Below, piece by piece: positions 37,493 to 49,693 of a stretch of 64,000 nucleotides of DNA. The position numbers and the translations under genes are program-made. Within the stretch, counting starts at the first letter, position 1. Each line of letters begins with the position of its first letter. The notes below the pieces were generated by a model. That model saw only the letters and a list, made by a program, of their open reading frames with translations, had not been told where the DNA came from and searched no databases. The DNA is taken from positions 99,027 through 163,026 of the IMG/VR virus record IMGVR_UViG_3300046171_000225, one strand, 5' to 3'. This stretch comes from a virus.

Positions 37493-37750
37493 ATGAGTTT
37501 AGAAGTACAATGGAATAAAGATGATGATATTAAGAAAATTCCAAACGATGTAGAGAGCCCGCTTAAGAATATGATTGTTGAATACGTGGGGACTCAGAAT
37601 GATCCAGAGAATGGTCAAGTGACCATTGATATGATACTGGATTCTCTAATTAAGGAATTTCCTGAGTTGGTTTATGTACTTGCTGAAGAGAACTGGATTA
37701 GAGGTTACGAGCAAGGCCTCCAGGATATGGACAACTTCGGAGAAGAATGA
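37493..37750 (+). CDS. hypothetical protein
   Basis: EFPE...AEENWIRGYEQGLQD; GGAG RBS. Confidence 0.65.
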   Translation: MSLEVQWNKDDDIKKIPNDVESPLKNMIVEYVGTQNDPENGQVTIDMILDSLIKEFPELVYVLAEENWIRGYEQGLQDMDNFGEE

Positions 37751-38424
37751 TGTCTGACGGAATCCGAGCCTTCATCAAGGAAGCTAAAAATAATCTTAAA
37801 CTCTTTGGCTACAAAGATGTCATTGTTAAAGATGCTCTACCCGAACACGTAGATATTCAAGAAGTGCTTTCGAGAGTTGAAGCTAAGGTTCCTTTCCATG
37901 TTATTGAGGAGATTGATTGCTTTTATATTGGTCATTTTAAAGAGTTTGATCTAAAAGATATTAATGCCATGTACAAAGATGGTACTATCTACATCACCAA
38001 TGATCAAGATGATATAGACGACATGGTTGATGACATGATTCATGAAATTGCCCACGCAGCGGAAGATAGGTATGCTCAAGAGATATACTCGGACAGCCTA
38101 GTTCAGAGAGAGTTTTTGGGCAAGCGTGCAAGGCTAAGAGACACCATGAGAGAGTATGGCTTTGTAAGCGACGCAGATTATCCTAAGTTCTCAGAGCTTG
38201 AATACTCTAAAGAGTTCGATGATTATCTTTACAATGATGTCGGGGAAGAAAGACTCCACACATTTTGCAGTGGACTGTTTATTAGGCCTTATGCCTCCAC
38301 AGGAGTAAGAGAGTATTTTGCTACTGCGTTTGAAGAGTTTCTGCTTGGCGATCAAGCTTACCTAAAGCAGCTAAGCCCAGCTGCGTATGATAAAGTTGCT
38401 CTTATTTGCTTAGAAGAGGTGTGA
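37747..38424 (+). CDS. zincin-like metalloprotein
   Basis: IHEIAHAAE plus YAS...REYFA. Confidence 0.65.
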   Translation: MMSDGIRAFIKEAKNNLKLFGYKDVIVKDALPEHVDIQEVLSRVEAKVPFHVIEEIDCFYIGHFKEFDLKDINAMYKDGTIYITNDQDDIDDMVDDMIHEIAHAAEDRYAQEIYSDSLVQREFLGKRARLRDTMREYGFVSDADYPKFSELEYSKEFDDYLYNDVGEERLHTFCSGLFIRPYASTGVREYFATAFEEFLLGDQAYLKQLSPAAYDKVALICLEEV

Positions 38425-38425
38425 T

Positions 38426-39187
38426 TTGCCACATATATCTTACTCTGAACTAAGAAACTGGTCAGAATGTCCTTGGAGACACAAGCTTCTTTATGTAGAC
38501 CGTGTTGAAGCCACACAAGGAAGCGAGCATACATCATTTGGTACAGCTGTTCATGAGACAGTAGAAAATATGCTGTTAGGTAAGTTGTCCGAGCCCTACC
38601 CATACTTCCATCAGAAATTTACTGAGGAGCTAAAATTAATTGGCATCGAAGAAGATACGGAGCTTGCAGGACAAATGAGAAAGCAGGTTGAGGGTTTGTT
38701 CGAGCTAGTGAGGCCCGGATTAGACGAATACTTCTCTGATAAAGGTGGCTGGTCTGTTGTTGCCACTGAAGAGTCCTTGATGGAGTCGATTCGGGAAGAT
38801 TACAACTTTAAGGGATATATCGATCTTATCATTCTTGATGGAAATGGACACTACCACATTATTGACTGGAAAACATGTTCATGGGGATGGAACGCAAGAA
38901 AGAAAAATGATATCCTCTATACTAGACAGCTAGTCCTCTACAAACATTACTATGCTCAAAAACTTAATATAAACCCAAGAGCTATCTCTACTCACTTTGG
39001 TCTTTTGAAGCGAACCACAAAGAAGAACCGTGTAGAAATATTTAGGGTCACCAGTGGCGAAAGAAAAACAAAAAATTCTCTTGACTTTTTAGACAAAGCA
39101 CTTTATAATATTCAAAATAAAAGATATATCAAAAATAGATTATCTTGCAAATATTGCCCTTTTCATGAGACTGAGCATTGTTCTTGA
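38426..39187 (+). CDS. PD-(D/E)XK nuclease (Cas4/RecB-like)
   Basis: HISYS...C...FGTAVHE...E...GYIDL...IIDWKT...QLVLY...CKYCPF...C. Confidence 0.85.
   Translation: MPHISYSELRNWSECPWRHKLLYVDRVEATQGSEHTSFGTAVHETVENMLLGKLSEPYPYFHQKFTEELKLIGIEEDTELAGQMRKQVEGLFELVRPGLDEYFSDKGGWSVVATEESLMESIREDYNFKGYIDLIILDGNGHYHIIDWKTCSWGWNARKKNDILYTRQLVLYKHYYAQKLNINPRAISTHFGLLKRTTKKNRVEIFRVTSGERKTKNSLDFLDKALYNIQNKRYIKNRLSCKYCPFHETEHCS
39081..39109 (+). promoter_or_regulatory. sigma70-like promoter for the glycosylation island
   Basis: TTGACT-N17-TATAAT within the end of the nuclease gene. Confidence 0.6.
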
Positions 39188-39194
39188 GGATTAG

Positions 39195-40454
39195 ATGGAT
39201 AAAAAGATTAAGATTCTGACATTGTCAGATCACCCGATGTCACCTTCTGGCGTTGGCACTCAAACAAAATATTTCATAGAAGCCCTACTGAAGACAGGAA
39301 AATTCCAATTCGTCTGTCTCGGTGGGGCCATTAAGCATGACGATTACAGAATCCAAAAGATAGCACCATACGAAGATGACTGGATGGTGATACCGGTAGA
39401 CGGATATGGTGATCAACAAAAGATTCGCTCGATCATACGAAATGAAAAACCAGACATTTTGTGGTTTATGACTGACCCTCGTTTCTATGAATGGCTGTGG
39501 TTTATGGAGAATGAGGTTAGACCGAATGTACCTATGGTTTATTACCATGTTTGGGACAACCACCCAGCTCCGCTTTACAATAGACCATTCTACCTTTCAA
39601 CTGACGTGATTGTATCTATCTCAAAGGTAACTCATGAGATTGTGTCTGAGTCAGCACCAGAGGTAAAAAATATTTACCATCCTCATGCCGTAGATTCTAA
39701 AGTGTTTGTGCCCTACACACCAGAGCAGATTGAGAACATAAGGAAAGCTAGTTTTCCAAATGATGAAGAAGACCGTGTTGTGTTTTTCTGGAACAATAGA
39801 AATGCTAGAAGAAAGCAGAGCGGCTCTTTGGTGTTCTGGTTTGATGAATGGGCTACACGAGTCGGTAGGGATAAAGTACGTCTTGTAATGCATACAGATC
39901 CTAATGACCCTCACGGACAACCGTTGCAGCACATTATTGAACATCTTGGACCAGACGGTACGATAATGATTTCTTCTAATAAGGTCCCGCCAAAAACTTT
40001 AGCCGATATGTACAACATGGCTGATTGTACAATCAATATTTCTGATGCGGAAGGGTTTGGTCTTGCTACACTTGAATCACTCTCGTGCGGTACACCTATT
40101 ATAGTTAACATGACTGGTGGCCTGAAAGAGCAAGTCACAGACGGCAAGGAGTGGTTTGGCGTAGGCATAGAGCCAGCTTCTAAGGCTTTGATCGGCTCAC
40201 AGCAGGTGCCATATATCTACGAGGACAGGATCAGTAAGAGAGACTTCCACAAAGCCCTGGACCGTATTTATGAAATGACAAGAGCAGAGAGGAGACAGCT
40301 CGGCTTGAGAGGCAGAAAGCATGTGGAGAAAAACTATAGCTTTGAGAAATATTGCCAAGGCTGGGTAGACATAATGACTAACATTGTTGAGGAATATGGA
40401 TCTTGGGACTCTAGAAGTGATTATGTCCCATGGGAGTTAAAGGAACTAACATGA
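39195..40454 (+). CDS. GT-B (GT4-like) glycosyltransferase
   Basis: NRNARRK; SDAEGFGLATLESLSCGTPII...TGGL. Confidence 0.88.
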   Translation: MDKKIKILTLSDHPMSPSGVGTQTKYFIEALLKTGKFQFVCLGGAIKHDDYRIQKIAPYEDDWMVIPVDGYGDQQKIRSIIRNEKPDILWFMTDPRFYEWLWFMENEVRPNVPMVYYHVWDNHPAPLYNRPFYLSTDVIVSISKVTHEIVSESAPEVKNIYHPHAVDSKVFVPYTPEQIENIRKASFPNDEEDRVVFFWNNRNARRKQSGSLVFWFDEWATRVGRDKVRLVMHTDPNDPHGQPLQHIIEHLGPDGTIMISSNKVPPKTLADMYNMADCTINISDAEGFGLATLESLSCGTPIIVNMTGGLKEQVTDGKEWFGVGIEPASKALIGSQQVPYIYEDRISKRDFHKALDRIYEMTRAERRQLGLRGRKHVEKNYSFEKYCQGWVDIMTNIVEEYGSWDSRSDYVPWELKELT

Positions 40455-41710
40455 GAAAGAAAGTATTAGTAAGGGGACCGGCGCTCACACAATCTGGATA
40501 TGGAGAGCACACACGATTCTTGTTGCGCTCTCTTAGAGCCTACCCAGATAAGTTTGACATTTACTTGATTGCGTTAAACTGGGGACAAACAGGTTGGCTT
40601 TCCGAAGAAACCGAGGAAAGAGACTGGATTGATTCTTTGATTCTTAAAACACATAACCACGTAGAATCCGGTGGTCGTTTTGATATGTCCGTTCAAGTTT
40701 CTATTCCAAATGAGTGGGAGAAACTAGCTCCTTACAATGTTGGAGTGACAGCAGGAATAGAGACGACCAAGGTGGCACCAGTGTGGCTAGAGAAAGGCAA
40801 CCAGATGGATAAAATCATCACCATCTCTAGGCATGCTAAGACTGTTCACGAGTCTACAATGTATGAAGGAATTAACAAGAATACTCAACAGCCTATGAAA
40901 CTCCAGAACGAGGTACCAGTTGAGATTGTACATTATCCCGTAAAAGAGTTTGAGTCTGACCCGCTTCCTTTAGACTTAGAATATGATTTCAATTATTTAA
41001 TGGTCTCTCAGTGGGGGCCTAGAAAAAATATGGAAAACGCTATTAAGTGGTGGATCGAGGAAAATTATGATGAGAAAGTAGGCTTGGTTATCAAGACATC
41101 TACTAAAAATAATTCAATTATGGATCGTCATCACGTAACCAAAATGCTGAAGAATCTAATCACTTCTGTCTTACCAGAAGAACATAAGTGCAAAATTTAT
41201 CTTCTCCACGGAGATTTGTCCGAAGGGCAGATGCAGTCTCTGTACCAAAATAAGAAAATTAAAGCACTGGTAACCTTGACTCACGGAGAAGGTTTTGGGT
41301 TACCGCTATTTGATGCTGCTTGCCACGGCTTGCCTGTCATAGCTCCAGCTTGGTCTGGCCATTGTGACTTCCTGTATATCAGTTACGAGAACGGCAACAA
41401 AAAGGCTTTCTTTGCGGATGTAGACTATGACATAGCCCCAGTACAGCCTCAAGCTGTTTGGGATGGTGTCGTGCAAAAAGACAGCATGTGGTGTTATACT
41501 CATGAGGGGCACTACAAAATGCGTCTAAGACAAGTTCGTAAAAACTGGGACAAGTGGAAAAAGAAGGCGAAAACACTTCGTAAATGGGTTTTAGAAAACT
41601 TTTCCTCTGAGAAGCAACATAAGCTATTCGCAGATGCTGTCTACGGAGACGACATTGACGTTGACTCTTGGCTTCAAGAGCTGAACACAAGTGTAGTTGT
41701 AAATGAATGA
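40451..41710 (+). CDS. GT-B (GT4-like) glycosyltransferase
   Basis: SGYGEH; PRKN; THGEGFGLPLFDAACHGLPVIAPAWSGHCDFL. Confidence 0.88.
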   Translation: MRKKVLVRGPALTQSGYGEHTRFLLRSLRAYPDKFDIYLIALNWGQTGWLSEETEERDWIDSLILKTHNHVESGGRFDMSVQVSIPNEWEKLAPYNVGVTAGIETTKVAPVWLEKGNQMDKIITISRHAKTVHESTMYEGINKNTQQPMKLQNEVPVEIVHYPVKEFESDPLPLDLEYDFNYLMVSQWGPRKNMENAIKWWIEENYDEKVGLVIKTSTKNNSIMDRHHVTKMLKNLITSVLPEEHKCKIYLLHGDLSEGQMQSLYQNKKIKALVTLTHGEGFGLPLFDAACHGLPVIAPAWSGHCDFLYISYENGNKKAFFADVDYDIAPVQPQAVWDGVVQKDSMWCYTHEGHYKMRLRQVRKNWDKWKKKAKTLRKWVLENFSSEKQHKLFADAVYGDDIDVDSWLQELNTSVVVNE

Positions 41711-42539
41711 TATACTTTTTATAGCAGACTTTTTCCCTGACCAGGTCGCTGGAGGGGGAGAGCTAAACAATCAAGTTTTGATTGAAGACTTGATCCACGA
41801 TGGCTATAAAGTCTGCTGCAAAAAGAGTCACGAAGTTAAAGCTTGTGACATATTAAATTCAAGCAATGTGATAGTAGCTAATTTTATTAATTTTCATCCA
41901 CAACTTAGGACTCTCTTGCGAGCAAAACCGTATGTTATATATGAACACGACCACAAGTACCTTTCAAGCAGGAATCCTGCGTTCTATAGGAACTATAAAG
42001 CTCCAAAAGAAAAGATTATAAATCGAGAGTTTTATAGCGAAGCACGAGCAGTGCTGTGTCAGTCGCAGTTTCATGCCAACATAGCAATAAGTAATCTAGA
42101 ATTGCCGAATATAAAAAGTTTGGGTGGCAATTTGTGGTCCGATTCTCATCTTTCATTATTGGAAGAGGTTTGCTCTTCTTCTAAGAAGAAAATCCATGCT
42201 ATTATGGAATCTTCTAATTGGCACAAGGGAACTCAGGAAGCTTTAATGTATTGCCAGACTCTTGGTCTGGAACATGCTCTCATAAAGCCTCAGAGGCCGT
42301 CTGAGTTCTTGAGAGACCTTGGGCAGTATGACACATTAGTTTTCTTTCCGAAGACGCCAGAGACTCTCTCACGCATTGTGGTGGAGGCTCGTATGATGGG
42401 GATGTCTACTAAGACTACTAAAAACATTGGAGCTATCCATGAGCCTTGGTTTCGTAAAAAAGGACTTGACTTAATTGAGGCTATGCGCTATAAGCGTCAA
42501 GAAATAAAAAATATTATTTTGAGCGTGTTAGGTGGATAA
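41703..42539 (+). CDS. putative glycosyltransferase
   Basis: GGGEL N-terminus; PETLSRIVVEARMMG (EX7E-like). Confidence 0.7.
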   Translation: MNDILFIADFFPDQVAGGGELNNQVLIEDLIHDGYKVCCKKSHEVKACDILNSSNVIVANFINFHPQLRTLLRAKPYVIYEHDHKYLSSRNPAFYRNYKAPKEKIINREFYSEARAVLCQSQFHANIAISNLELPNIKSLGGNLWSDSHLSLLEEVCSSSKKKIHAIMESSNWHKGTQEALMYCQTLGLEHALIKPQRPSEFLRDLGQYDTLVFFPKTPETLSRIVVEARMMGMSTKTTKNIGAIHEPWFRKKGLDLIEAMRYKRQEIKNIILSVLGG

Positions 42540-43296
42540 GCCAAGAGTTTCGATTATTACATCCCTCTACGATGGCGATGAACATATTCAAGAGTTTATT
42601 GAAGATATTGTTAAGCAAACCTATTTTTCTAAGTGCGAATTGATAATAGTTGATGGCGCTTCTCCTGGGAATGAAAAAGAAATAATTGAAGAATATAGTC
42701 TTATCTACAATAACATTAAATACTTTAGACTAGACAAAGATCCTGGCATCTACGGATGCTGGAATTATGGAATCCAACATAGTCAAGGTGAATACATAAC
42801 AAATGCCAACTTAGATGATAAAAGGGCCTACAACCAGATAGAGAAATTCGTAGAACTCCTCGATACCAATCCAGGCGTAGATCTTGTTTACTCATACTCC
42901 TTTGTGACTAACCAAAGTCATGAAAATTTCTATCGTAATTCTTCTGGCTATCAAGTTTACCCTACTTATCCGTTTACAAAAGAAGCAATGATCAAGTGTT
43001 TGCCTGGTTGCCAGCCTGTATGGAGACGGTCTATTCATGGCAAGGCAGGACTATTTGATACTTCTTATAAGTATGCTGGTGATTGGGAAATGTGGCTGAG
43101 GGCTGTCCGTAATGGTTGTTCATTCCAAATGATAGAAGGAGTGTACGGGATTTACTATATGAATCCAGAAGGGCTCTCTACCTCAAAAGAACATCAAGTC
43201 GATAGATTTAAAGAAGAACAGAAAGTGTTTTGGGAGTACACGGACGTCTACGGGCCAAAAGTCACTGAGGCTTACAGCGAGTATTTTAGCAAATGA
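42532..43296 (+). CDS. GT2-family glycosyltransferase
   Basis: VSIITSLY...LIIVDG...NANLDD...GDWEMWLR. Confidence 0.88.
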   Translation: MDKPRVSIITSLYDGDEHIQEFIEDIVKQTYFSKCELIIVDGASPGNEKEIIEEYSLIYNNIKYFRLDKDPGIYGCWNYGIQHSQGEYITNANLDDKRAYNQIEKFVELLDTNPGVDLVYSYSFVTNQSHENFYRNSSGYQVYPTYPFTKEAMIKCLPGCQPVWRRSIHGKAGLFDTSYKYAGDWEMWLRAVRNGCSFQMIEGVYGIYYMNPEGLSTSKEHQVDRFKEEQKVFWEYTDVYGPKVTEAYSEYFSK

Positions 43297-43941
43297 AGAA
43301 AGTTATATCTTTTAGCCTTTGGGGAGATAACCCAAAATACTGCGTGGGAGCTGTTCGGAATGCAGAGATCGCTCCAGTTCATTATCCCGACTGGGTCTGC
43401 AGATTTCATGTGGGTAAGTCAGTTCCTACGCAGTATGTAGAAGCTCTTGCAGAAGATGGAAAACACTGAGGTTGTGATCCGAGAAACAGAAGGTGACTGG
43501 ACGGGTATGTTTTGGAGGTTTGAAGATGCATCGGATCCCTCTGTGGACGTTATGATATCCAGAGATACTGATTCCAGATTAAACGCTAGAGAAGCAGCCG
43601 CAGTATCAGAGTGGTTAGCCACTGATAAAGCTTTTCATATAATGAGAGATCACCCTTACCATGCTACTGAAATATTAGGAGGCATGTGGGGGGTCAAGAA
43701 TCCTTTTCTTTCTGAAATGGCCCAAATGATCCAAGCCTATAAAAAAGGCAACTTTTGGCAAGTTGATCAAAACTTTTTAAGAGAAAAGATATGGCCACTT
43801 GTAAACAGAAGCTACATTTCACATGATGATTTTTTTGAGAAGCATCCATGGCCCCTGGAAAGAGAGCCGAATCGTTTTGTTGGACAGGCTTTCGAAGCAG
43901 ACGATACAATGTCTGTACCTGAACATGCAAGGATGATATAG
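43293..43941 (+). CDS. putative glycosyltransferase-like protein, frameshifted near 43446
   Basis: [16 protein letters not shown] start joins GMFWRF...SRDTDSR...HIMRDHPYH...ILGGMWG...DQNFL. Confidence 0.65.
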
Positions 43942-44490
43942 ATGAAAACTTTTAGATTTGATGATATTAATATAAATGAAAATTTAGAAAAGACCATAGA
44001 AATTGCACGTATTGTAAGAAGCAAATTCCCATGTGCAAGAATTATATTTTGTATCTCTCCAATGGTTCATGATGTTTCTAATGAAGAAGGGAAAAACGCT
44101 GAAAGAATCTTTCCCAAAATTTTAAACGCCTATAGTGATCATAGAGTGTTTTATAAGGCGAATGCTTGTGGGGTTCCACCGGTCCCAGAGTGGGTTGAAA
44201 CAGCTGGACATGGATTGTTTCATGTAGATCACAGGCTTTTGAGTAAGGAAGTACAAGAGATGAGTATTATATCCAGCTGTAGCCTTGCTAAGTCTTCTAC
44301 ATTTGTGCCGCCATTTAATAAATGGAATACGGATACAGAACAAATCTGCGAAGAATTTAATTTAAGTTTGGTTAAATTTGAAGATGGGTGGCTTTGTTGT
44401 GAGTACAACGAATATGATACAAATCATGACTTGTGGTATCTACACGCAAGGGAATTTACTTTAGAAGGATTTAGAAAATGGATATCTTAA
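43942..44490 (+). CDS. polysaccharide deacetylase-like protein
   Basis: FRFDD...AGHGLFH.DH...FVPPFNKW (NodB-like motifs). Confidence 0.6.
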   Translation: MKTFRFDDININENLEKTIEIARIVRSKFPCARIIFCISPMVHDVSNEEGKNAERIFPKILNAYSDHRVFYKANACGVPPVPEWVETAGHGLFHVDHRLLSKEVQEMSIISSCSLAKSSTFVPPFNKWNTDTEQICEEFNLSLVKFEDGWLCCEYNEYDTNHDLWYLHAREFTLEGFRKWIS

Positions 44491-44696
44491 GTAATATTAA
44501 GTGGGGTGGCTCGGGGATAGAGAGAGAACTCTATCTGTTTGTAGTTGATTTACTGGAGGACGGAGATACTATAGTTGAATTGGGTAGTGGTAACGTTAGC
44601 ACTTTAGTATTCGGGAGGCCAAAGTATATTATTTTTTCACGATACCTACAGAAAGTTAGAACACAATCTAGCTTTAAGCGTAGCAAAAGAGAATGA
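44478..44696 (+). pseudogene. truncated SAM-dependent methyltransferase fragment
   Basis: TIVELGSG motif I, then loss of the reading frame. Confidence 0.45.
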
Positions 44697-44729
44697 CAGG
44701 GAAGCAATCTTTTTTACAGAGGGAGATTA

Positions 44730-45302
44730 TTGGTGTCTAGTAAAGTAGTTTCCATTCATCAGCCAAACTTTTTTCCTTGGTATCCCTTTTTCCACAAGAT
44801 GGAACAAGCAGATGTGTTTGTAATTTTAGAAAATTGTCAATTTGAAAAAAATAATTACCAAAATAGATTCAATTTAGGTGGCAAATGGTATACTATGAGT
44901 ACCAGCAAACATCTTTTACCAATAATAGAAAAAAAGTATTCCAATCATTTGGAAGACTGGGCAAAAATTAAAAGGCGACTTCCTGAATATAAGGAAATTC
45001 TAGACAGCTTTGATTGCTGCATAACTGAATCACTATCTGAAACTAATTTCAACATCATTTTGAAAATAAAAGATTTACTAAATATTTCAACTGAATTGGT
45101 AAAAGATTTTAGAACAGAACTTACATCTACTGATAGGTTGGTTGATATATGTAGATTTTATAACGCAAAAGAGTATATATCTGGCCCAAGTGGTAAAACT
45201 TATCTAAATTTAGATAAGTTTTATAATAATAATATAAAAGTTAGTTTTCAAGAGTGTAGTGGCGATAAGATAAGCATATTAGAATTTTTGCAAAGGATGT
45301 AA
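44730..45302 (+). CDS. WbqC-family protein
   Basis: IHQPNFFPW...ADVFVIL...QFEKNNYQNR...YISGPSGKTY. Confidence 0.85.
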   Translation: MVSSKVVSIHQPNFFPWYPFFHKMEQADVFVILENCQFEKNNYQNRFNLGGKWYTMSTSKHLLPIIEKKYSNHLEDWAKIKRRLPEYKEILDSFDCCITESLSETNFNIILKIKDLLNISTELVKDFRTELTSTDRLVDICRFYNAKEYISGPSGKTYLNLDKFYNNNIKVSFQECSGDKISILEFLQRM

Positions 45303-45303
45303 A

Positions 45304-46100
45304 ATGTTAGATAGGATAATTGTTAGTGCCGATGATGAATCATATTTTATTGAATATTTGCCTGTAGTGTCCAAGGCTTGGCAGAAGTATTTCCCAGAAG
45401 CACGGTTGACTTTAGCATTTGTCACAGATACAGAACATTCTTCCTTAGTGCAGAGAGCAAAAAGTTATGCAGATGTATACCTCTTTCCTAAAATTGCAGG
45501 TGTTCCTGTGCCAAATCAATCTAAATTGTCTAGGCACTTTTTAGCTTCGACCTTTGGTAGTGAAGTTTGCATGATTGAAGATTTAGATACTATTCCGCTG
45601 CAAAGAACATTTTTTGAAGATAAGTTGTGTTCAAGAAAAGAACAAACTCTTTTATGCGTTGGTCATGAGGTCTATCACAATACGCCTGATAGCGGCAAGT
45701 TTCCAATTAGTACTATGACAGCAGAGGGATTGATTTTTAAAGAATTTTTAAATCCAAAAAATCTAAGTTATAAGGAGTTGATGGGCCACTGGCAAGACAT
45801 GGACATACGGGACGTGAAAGCCAGAGTGACGTCAGACAAGTCGGTTTTTTCAGATGAATCACTAATCCGATATTTTATCGATAGATGGGATCTTCCTAAG
45901 ATCACTAAAGTTCCAAGAGGGGCCAACATTAGAGAACAGTGGATTGATAGATCCTGGTGGGCGATTAACATACAAAAAGCTTAGAAATGATGAGTACATA
46001 ACATGTAATTTTTTAAGACCCCCTAGCCAATACTATACTGAAATGTATGAAATATTTAAACACGTATATGGAAACCACCCAGCGAGGAACGAGGTACTAC
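45304..46100 (+). CDS. putative glycosyltransferase-like protein, frameshift in an A run near 45975
   Basis: IEDLDTIP (DxD) and SDE motifs; the frame continues in ORF 45944; end approximate. Confidence 0.5.
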
Positions 46101-46955
46101 TTGAAAAAAATAAAAAGATATTGATAATACAAGAAGAGGGCAGACATAGTGAAAATAAGAATTTTCGTGAATGCTGGTGTATGTAGCGCTCTTTAACTAA
46201 GTTGGGGCACACCGTAGATGTGTGGGGACTAGGTCCATGAAACATATGCGAATACGCCCAACTGGGATTCATATGATATAATAATTAATTTAGAAAATTA
46301 TGATTTACAAAATTGGGTTCCCGATCTCTCAGAGACTACTCGACCAAAAAAGTTTCTGTGGAGCATAGATGCACATTGCCGTGGCATGGAACCATTTCTA
46401 GACACTTATAATAATGGTAAATATGATTTAATTCTACAAGCCACTAAAGATTTTGTAGATGAAAATAGTATATGGTTTCCAAATTGTTACGATAGTAATT
46501 TGATTCGGCCTTGCGCAGCAAAAGCTACTTTTTTGGGCTTTTGTGGATCGATACTCAATAGGAAAAGCATATTGGACCTTCTGACGGAAAGGTATGATCT
46601 AAAACAGGATATATGGCTTTTAGGTGAGGAGATGGTACAGGCTGTTTCATCATACGCTATACATTTTAATATCAATTTAGCTAATGACATAAACTATAGA
46701 AGTTTTGAGACTATAGGGTGCGGGACTACTTTGCTGACAAACTCCAATCCCCAGTACGAAGAACTTGGTTTTATAAGCATGGAAAATTGCTTAATCTACG
46801 ATAGTATAGACGACATCCATAAAAAAATAGATATTGCTTTAGGTAACCCAAAGCTGATTTCATCTATCTCTAAGGCAGGGTTAGAGCTATCTAAAAAGCA
46901 CACCTATGACATTAGAGCTAAATATTTAATTGACATATACGAGAAAGAAATATGA
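46100..46955 (+). CDS. CgeB/Glyco_trans_1_2-like glycosyltransferase, interrupted
   Basis: DINYRSFETIGCGTTLLTN...HTYDIRA; in-frame TAG at 46184 and an indel near 46235; start approximate. Confidence 0.6.
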
Positions 46956-47881
46956 GCAAGCTTATGATAACAGGCGGTTCTGGTATGGTTGGCTCTGCGT
47001 TCAAACAGCTGTTACCAGATGCTGATTACCCGACTCGCCAAGAGTTAAGCTCTATATTAAAAAACATTTCTTACAAGCAACAGTTTGAAGGCAAAAATAT
47101 AATTCATCTTGCGGCAAAGGTTGGTGGAGTCAAGGCAAACACAGAACAAGTAGCAGATTTTTATAGCCAAAACTCTATACTAAATGAAAGGGTGTTATCC
47201 GCATCTCATCTCGGAAGAGCAAATAAGGTAATATCTCTTCTTTCAACCTGTGTTTATCCTGACGCCCCTTATATAGTCTATCCTCTTACCGAGGACCAAC
47301 TGCATCTCGGTCCACCACATCCATCTAACTTTGGTTATGCATACGCAAAAAGAATGGTAGACGTTATATCTCGTGCGTACCGCCAACAACATGGATGCAA
47401 CTTCATCACAGCTATTCCAAATAACCTTTATGGTGAAAATGATAATTTCGACTTAGAAGATGGTCACGTTATACCAGCGATTATAAGAAAAGTATGGGAA
47501 GCAAAAATAAATAACAACCCATTTATAGAATGTTGGGGGGATGGCTCGCCATTAAGAGAGTTCACATATTCTGAAGACATCGTTAAGATATTAATTTTTT
47601 TATTAGAAAACTATGACGAGCCAGAACCAATTAATATTGGAAACACCGAAGAATATTCTATTAAACAAGTTGTAGAAATGATTTGTTCTATTTTGGAGTA
47701 TAACGGTAAGGTAAAATGGAATACGCAAATGCCATCTGGCCAGAGCAGAAAGCCTAGCTCTAATCGAAAGCTATTAGATTTGGGCTGGGATAAAAAATGG
47801 TACACTTCTTTAGAAAAAGGATTGACAAAAACATGTTTATGGGTTAAACATAATTATCCTTTAATAAGGGGTGTTATGTGA
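46952..47881 (+). CDS. fcl: GDP-L-fucose synthase
   Basis: TGGSGMVG; HLAAKVGG; LSTCVYP; YAYAKR; PNNLYG; HVIPA; [10 protein letters not shown]. Confidence 0.92.
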   Translation: MSKLMITGGSGMVGSAFKQLLPDADYPTRQELSSILKNISYKQQFEGKNIIHLAAKVGGVKANTEQVADFYSQNSILNERVLSASHLGRANKVISLLSTCVYPDAPYIVYPLTEDQLHLGPPHPSNFGYAYAKRMVDVISRAYRQQHGCNFITAIPNNLYGENDNFDLEDGHVIPAIIRKVWEAKINNNPFIECWGDGSPLREFTYSEDIVKILIFLLENYDEPEPINIGNTEEYSIKQVVEMICSILEYNGKVKWNTQMPSGQSRKPSSNRKLLDLGWDKKWYTSLEKGLTKTCLWVKHNYPLIRGVM

Positions 47882-48849
47882 AAACCGCATTAGTGACAGG
47901 CGTAACTGGTCAAGACGGCTCTTACTTATCTGAATTACTGCTGGATAAGGGCTATAAAGTAATTGGTCTTAAAAGAAGAACTTCTACCATTTGCACGGAG
48001 CGTTTAGACCACATCTTTGAGCACCCCAATTTTATCATGAGGTATTTTGAACTGAGTGATTCGGGGTGTATATGGAGATTGTTATCTGAGTATAAGCCAG
48101 ACGAGATCTACAACCTTGCCGCGCAGTCTCACGTTAGAGTATCTTTCGAGGTGCCGGAAAGCACAACAGATACTATAGTTATGGGAACATTAAGAATCTT
48201 AGAGGCAATGAGACACATTGTGCCTAACTCACGATTTTACCAAGCGTCATCTTCAGAGATGTATGGAGATAGCCCTGTTAGTCCTCAAAACGAGAATACG
48301 GCACTTCAGCCAGCTTCTCCGTATGCATGTGCTAAGGTTTATGCTCACCATCTCGTGAGAAACTATAGAGAGTCATACGGCTTACATGCATCATCTGGTA
48401 TTCTTTTTAATCATGAATCTCCGCGCAGGGGAGAGACATTTGTTACTCGTAAAATTACAATGGCAGCTGCAAAAATTAAGCTCGGATTGCAAGATAAGCT
48501 TTACTTGGGTAATTTAGATGCAAAACGCGATTGGGGCTATGCGGGTGACTATGTTAAGATGATGTGGCTGATGTTACAGCAGGATAAGCCGGATGACTAC
48601 GTTATAGCAACTGGTGAAACACACTCTGTCCAAGAGCTTTTGGAAGTTGTATTTAACCATGCTGGACTTGATATTAAGAAGCATGTTGAGCAGGATAGTC
48701 GTCTTTTCCGGCCTCATGAGGTGCCACTGCTTCTTGGCGATGCCTCTAAAGCAAAAAATATTTTATCTTGGGACCCGGAGATTAAATTTAAACAATTAGC
48801 TATTATGATGTATGAGTCAGATTTGGAGAAATTAAAAAATGACAAATAG
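47878..48849 (+). CDS. gmd: GDP-mannose 4,6-dehydratase
   Basis: [11 protein letters not shown]; NLAAQSHV; [10 protein letters not shown]; [17 protein letters not shown]. Confidence 0.96.
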   Translation: MKTALVTGVTGQDGSYLSELLLDKGYKVIGLKRRTSTICTERLDHIFEHPNFIMRYFELSDSGCIWRLLSEYKPDEIYNLAAQSHVRVSFEVPESTTDTIVMGTLRILEAMRHIVPNSRFYQASSSEMYGDSPVSPQNENTALQPASPYACAKVYAHHLVRNYRESYGLHASSGILFNHESPRRGETFVTRKITMAAAKIKLGLQDKLYLGNLDAKRDWGYAGDYVKMMWLMLQQDKPDDYVIATGETHSVQELLEVVFNHAGLDIKKHVEQDSRLFRPHEVPLLLGDASKAKNILSWDPEIKFKQLAIMMYESDLEKLKNDK

Positions 48850-49693
48850 CAAGGCACTAGTCACAGGTGGATGTGGTTTTATTGGTAGTAACTTAGTAGA
48901 TCATCTAAAGAGTTTAGACTATGATGTGATTGTTATTGATAACTTAACTTCTGGTAAGAGAGAGTATTGTCGTAACGATGTAGAATATTGGCATGCAGAT
49001 TTCCAAGATGTTCTCACTAACGGTGCTCTAGATAACACAGGGATTGAAGTAATTTTTCATCTTGCTGCAGAGGCTAGGATCCAGCCAAGTTTCGAAGATC
49101 CAGTTTATACTTGCAAAAACAATTCATTTGGAACAACTATAGTTTGTGAGTTTGCAAGAAAAAATAATTGTAGAGTTATTTATGCCGGGTCTAGTTCTTT
49201 CTACGGTGGCGTATATCTTAATCCATACTCATTCGCAAAGTGGCAAGGAGAAGAAGTGTGTAAAATGTATTCCAAGGTTTATGGAATCAGTACATCAATT
49301 ATGAGATTTTTTAATGTTTATGGTCCACGAAATCCCCTGATAGGACAGTACACCCCAGTTGTTGCTATTTTTGAACAACAAAAAAAATCTGGTCTGCCCT
49401 TAACTGTGGTCGGCGATGGTGAACAAAGAAGAGACTTTACACATGTGGCAGATATATGTAACGGTTTAGAATTGGCTGGCAGAGATACTTGGGACTCTGA
49501 AGTTTTTAACCTTGGGACAGGGACAAATTATTCTATTAATGAGTTGGCGGATATGTACGATCACGAAAAAACACACATACCAGCAAGACCTGGCGAGGCT
49601 AGAATCTCTTTAGCTGACAACACCAAAACAAAAGAACTATTAGGATGGTCCCCAAAGCAGAATTTGGAAGAGTACGTTAGGAGTGTAATATGA
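48839..49693 (+). CDS. NAD-dependent epimerase/dehydratase
   Basis: TGGCGFIGS; PYSFAK (YxxxK); RFFNVYGP; [12 protein letters not shown]. Confidence 0.9.
   Translation: MTNSKALVTGGCGFIGSNLVDHLKSLDYDVIVIDNLTSGKREYCRNDVEYWHADFQDVLTNGALDNTGIEVIFHLAAEARIQPSFEDPVYTCKNNSFGTTIVCEFARKNNCRVIYAGSSSFYGGVYLNPYSFAKWQGEEVCKMYSKVYGISTSIMRFFNVYGPRNPLIGQYTPVVAIFEQQKKSGLPLTVVGDGEQRRDFTHVADICNGLELAGRDTWDSEVFNLGTGTNYSINELADMYDHEKTHIPARPGEARISLADNTKTKELLGWSPKQNLEEYVRSVI

Noticed and set aside
38426-39187. Cas4-like nuclease as part of a CRISPR-Cas system
   Set aside because: No repeat-spacer array or other cas genes are visible, and stand-alone PD-(D/E)XK nucleases are common in phages.
46184-46186. In-frame TAG suggesting TAG-to-Gln recoding
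   Set aside because: TAG acts as a normal stop in many genes here (13182, 14414, 15100, 16714, 37443), long ORFs are intact in the standard code, and no suppressor tRNA is seen. It is probably a base error in an error-rich stretch.
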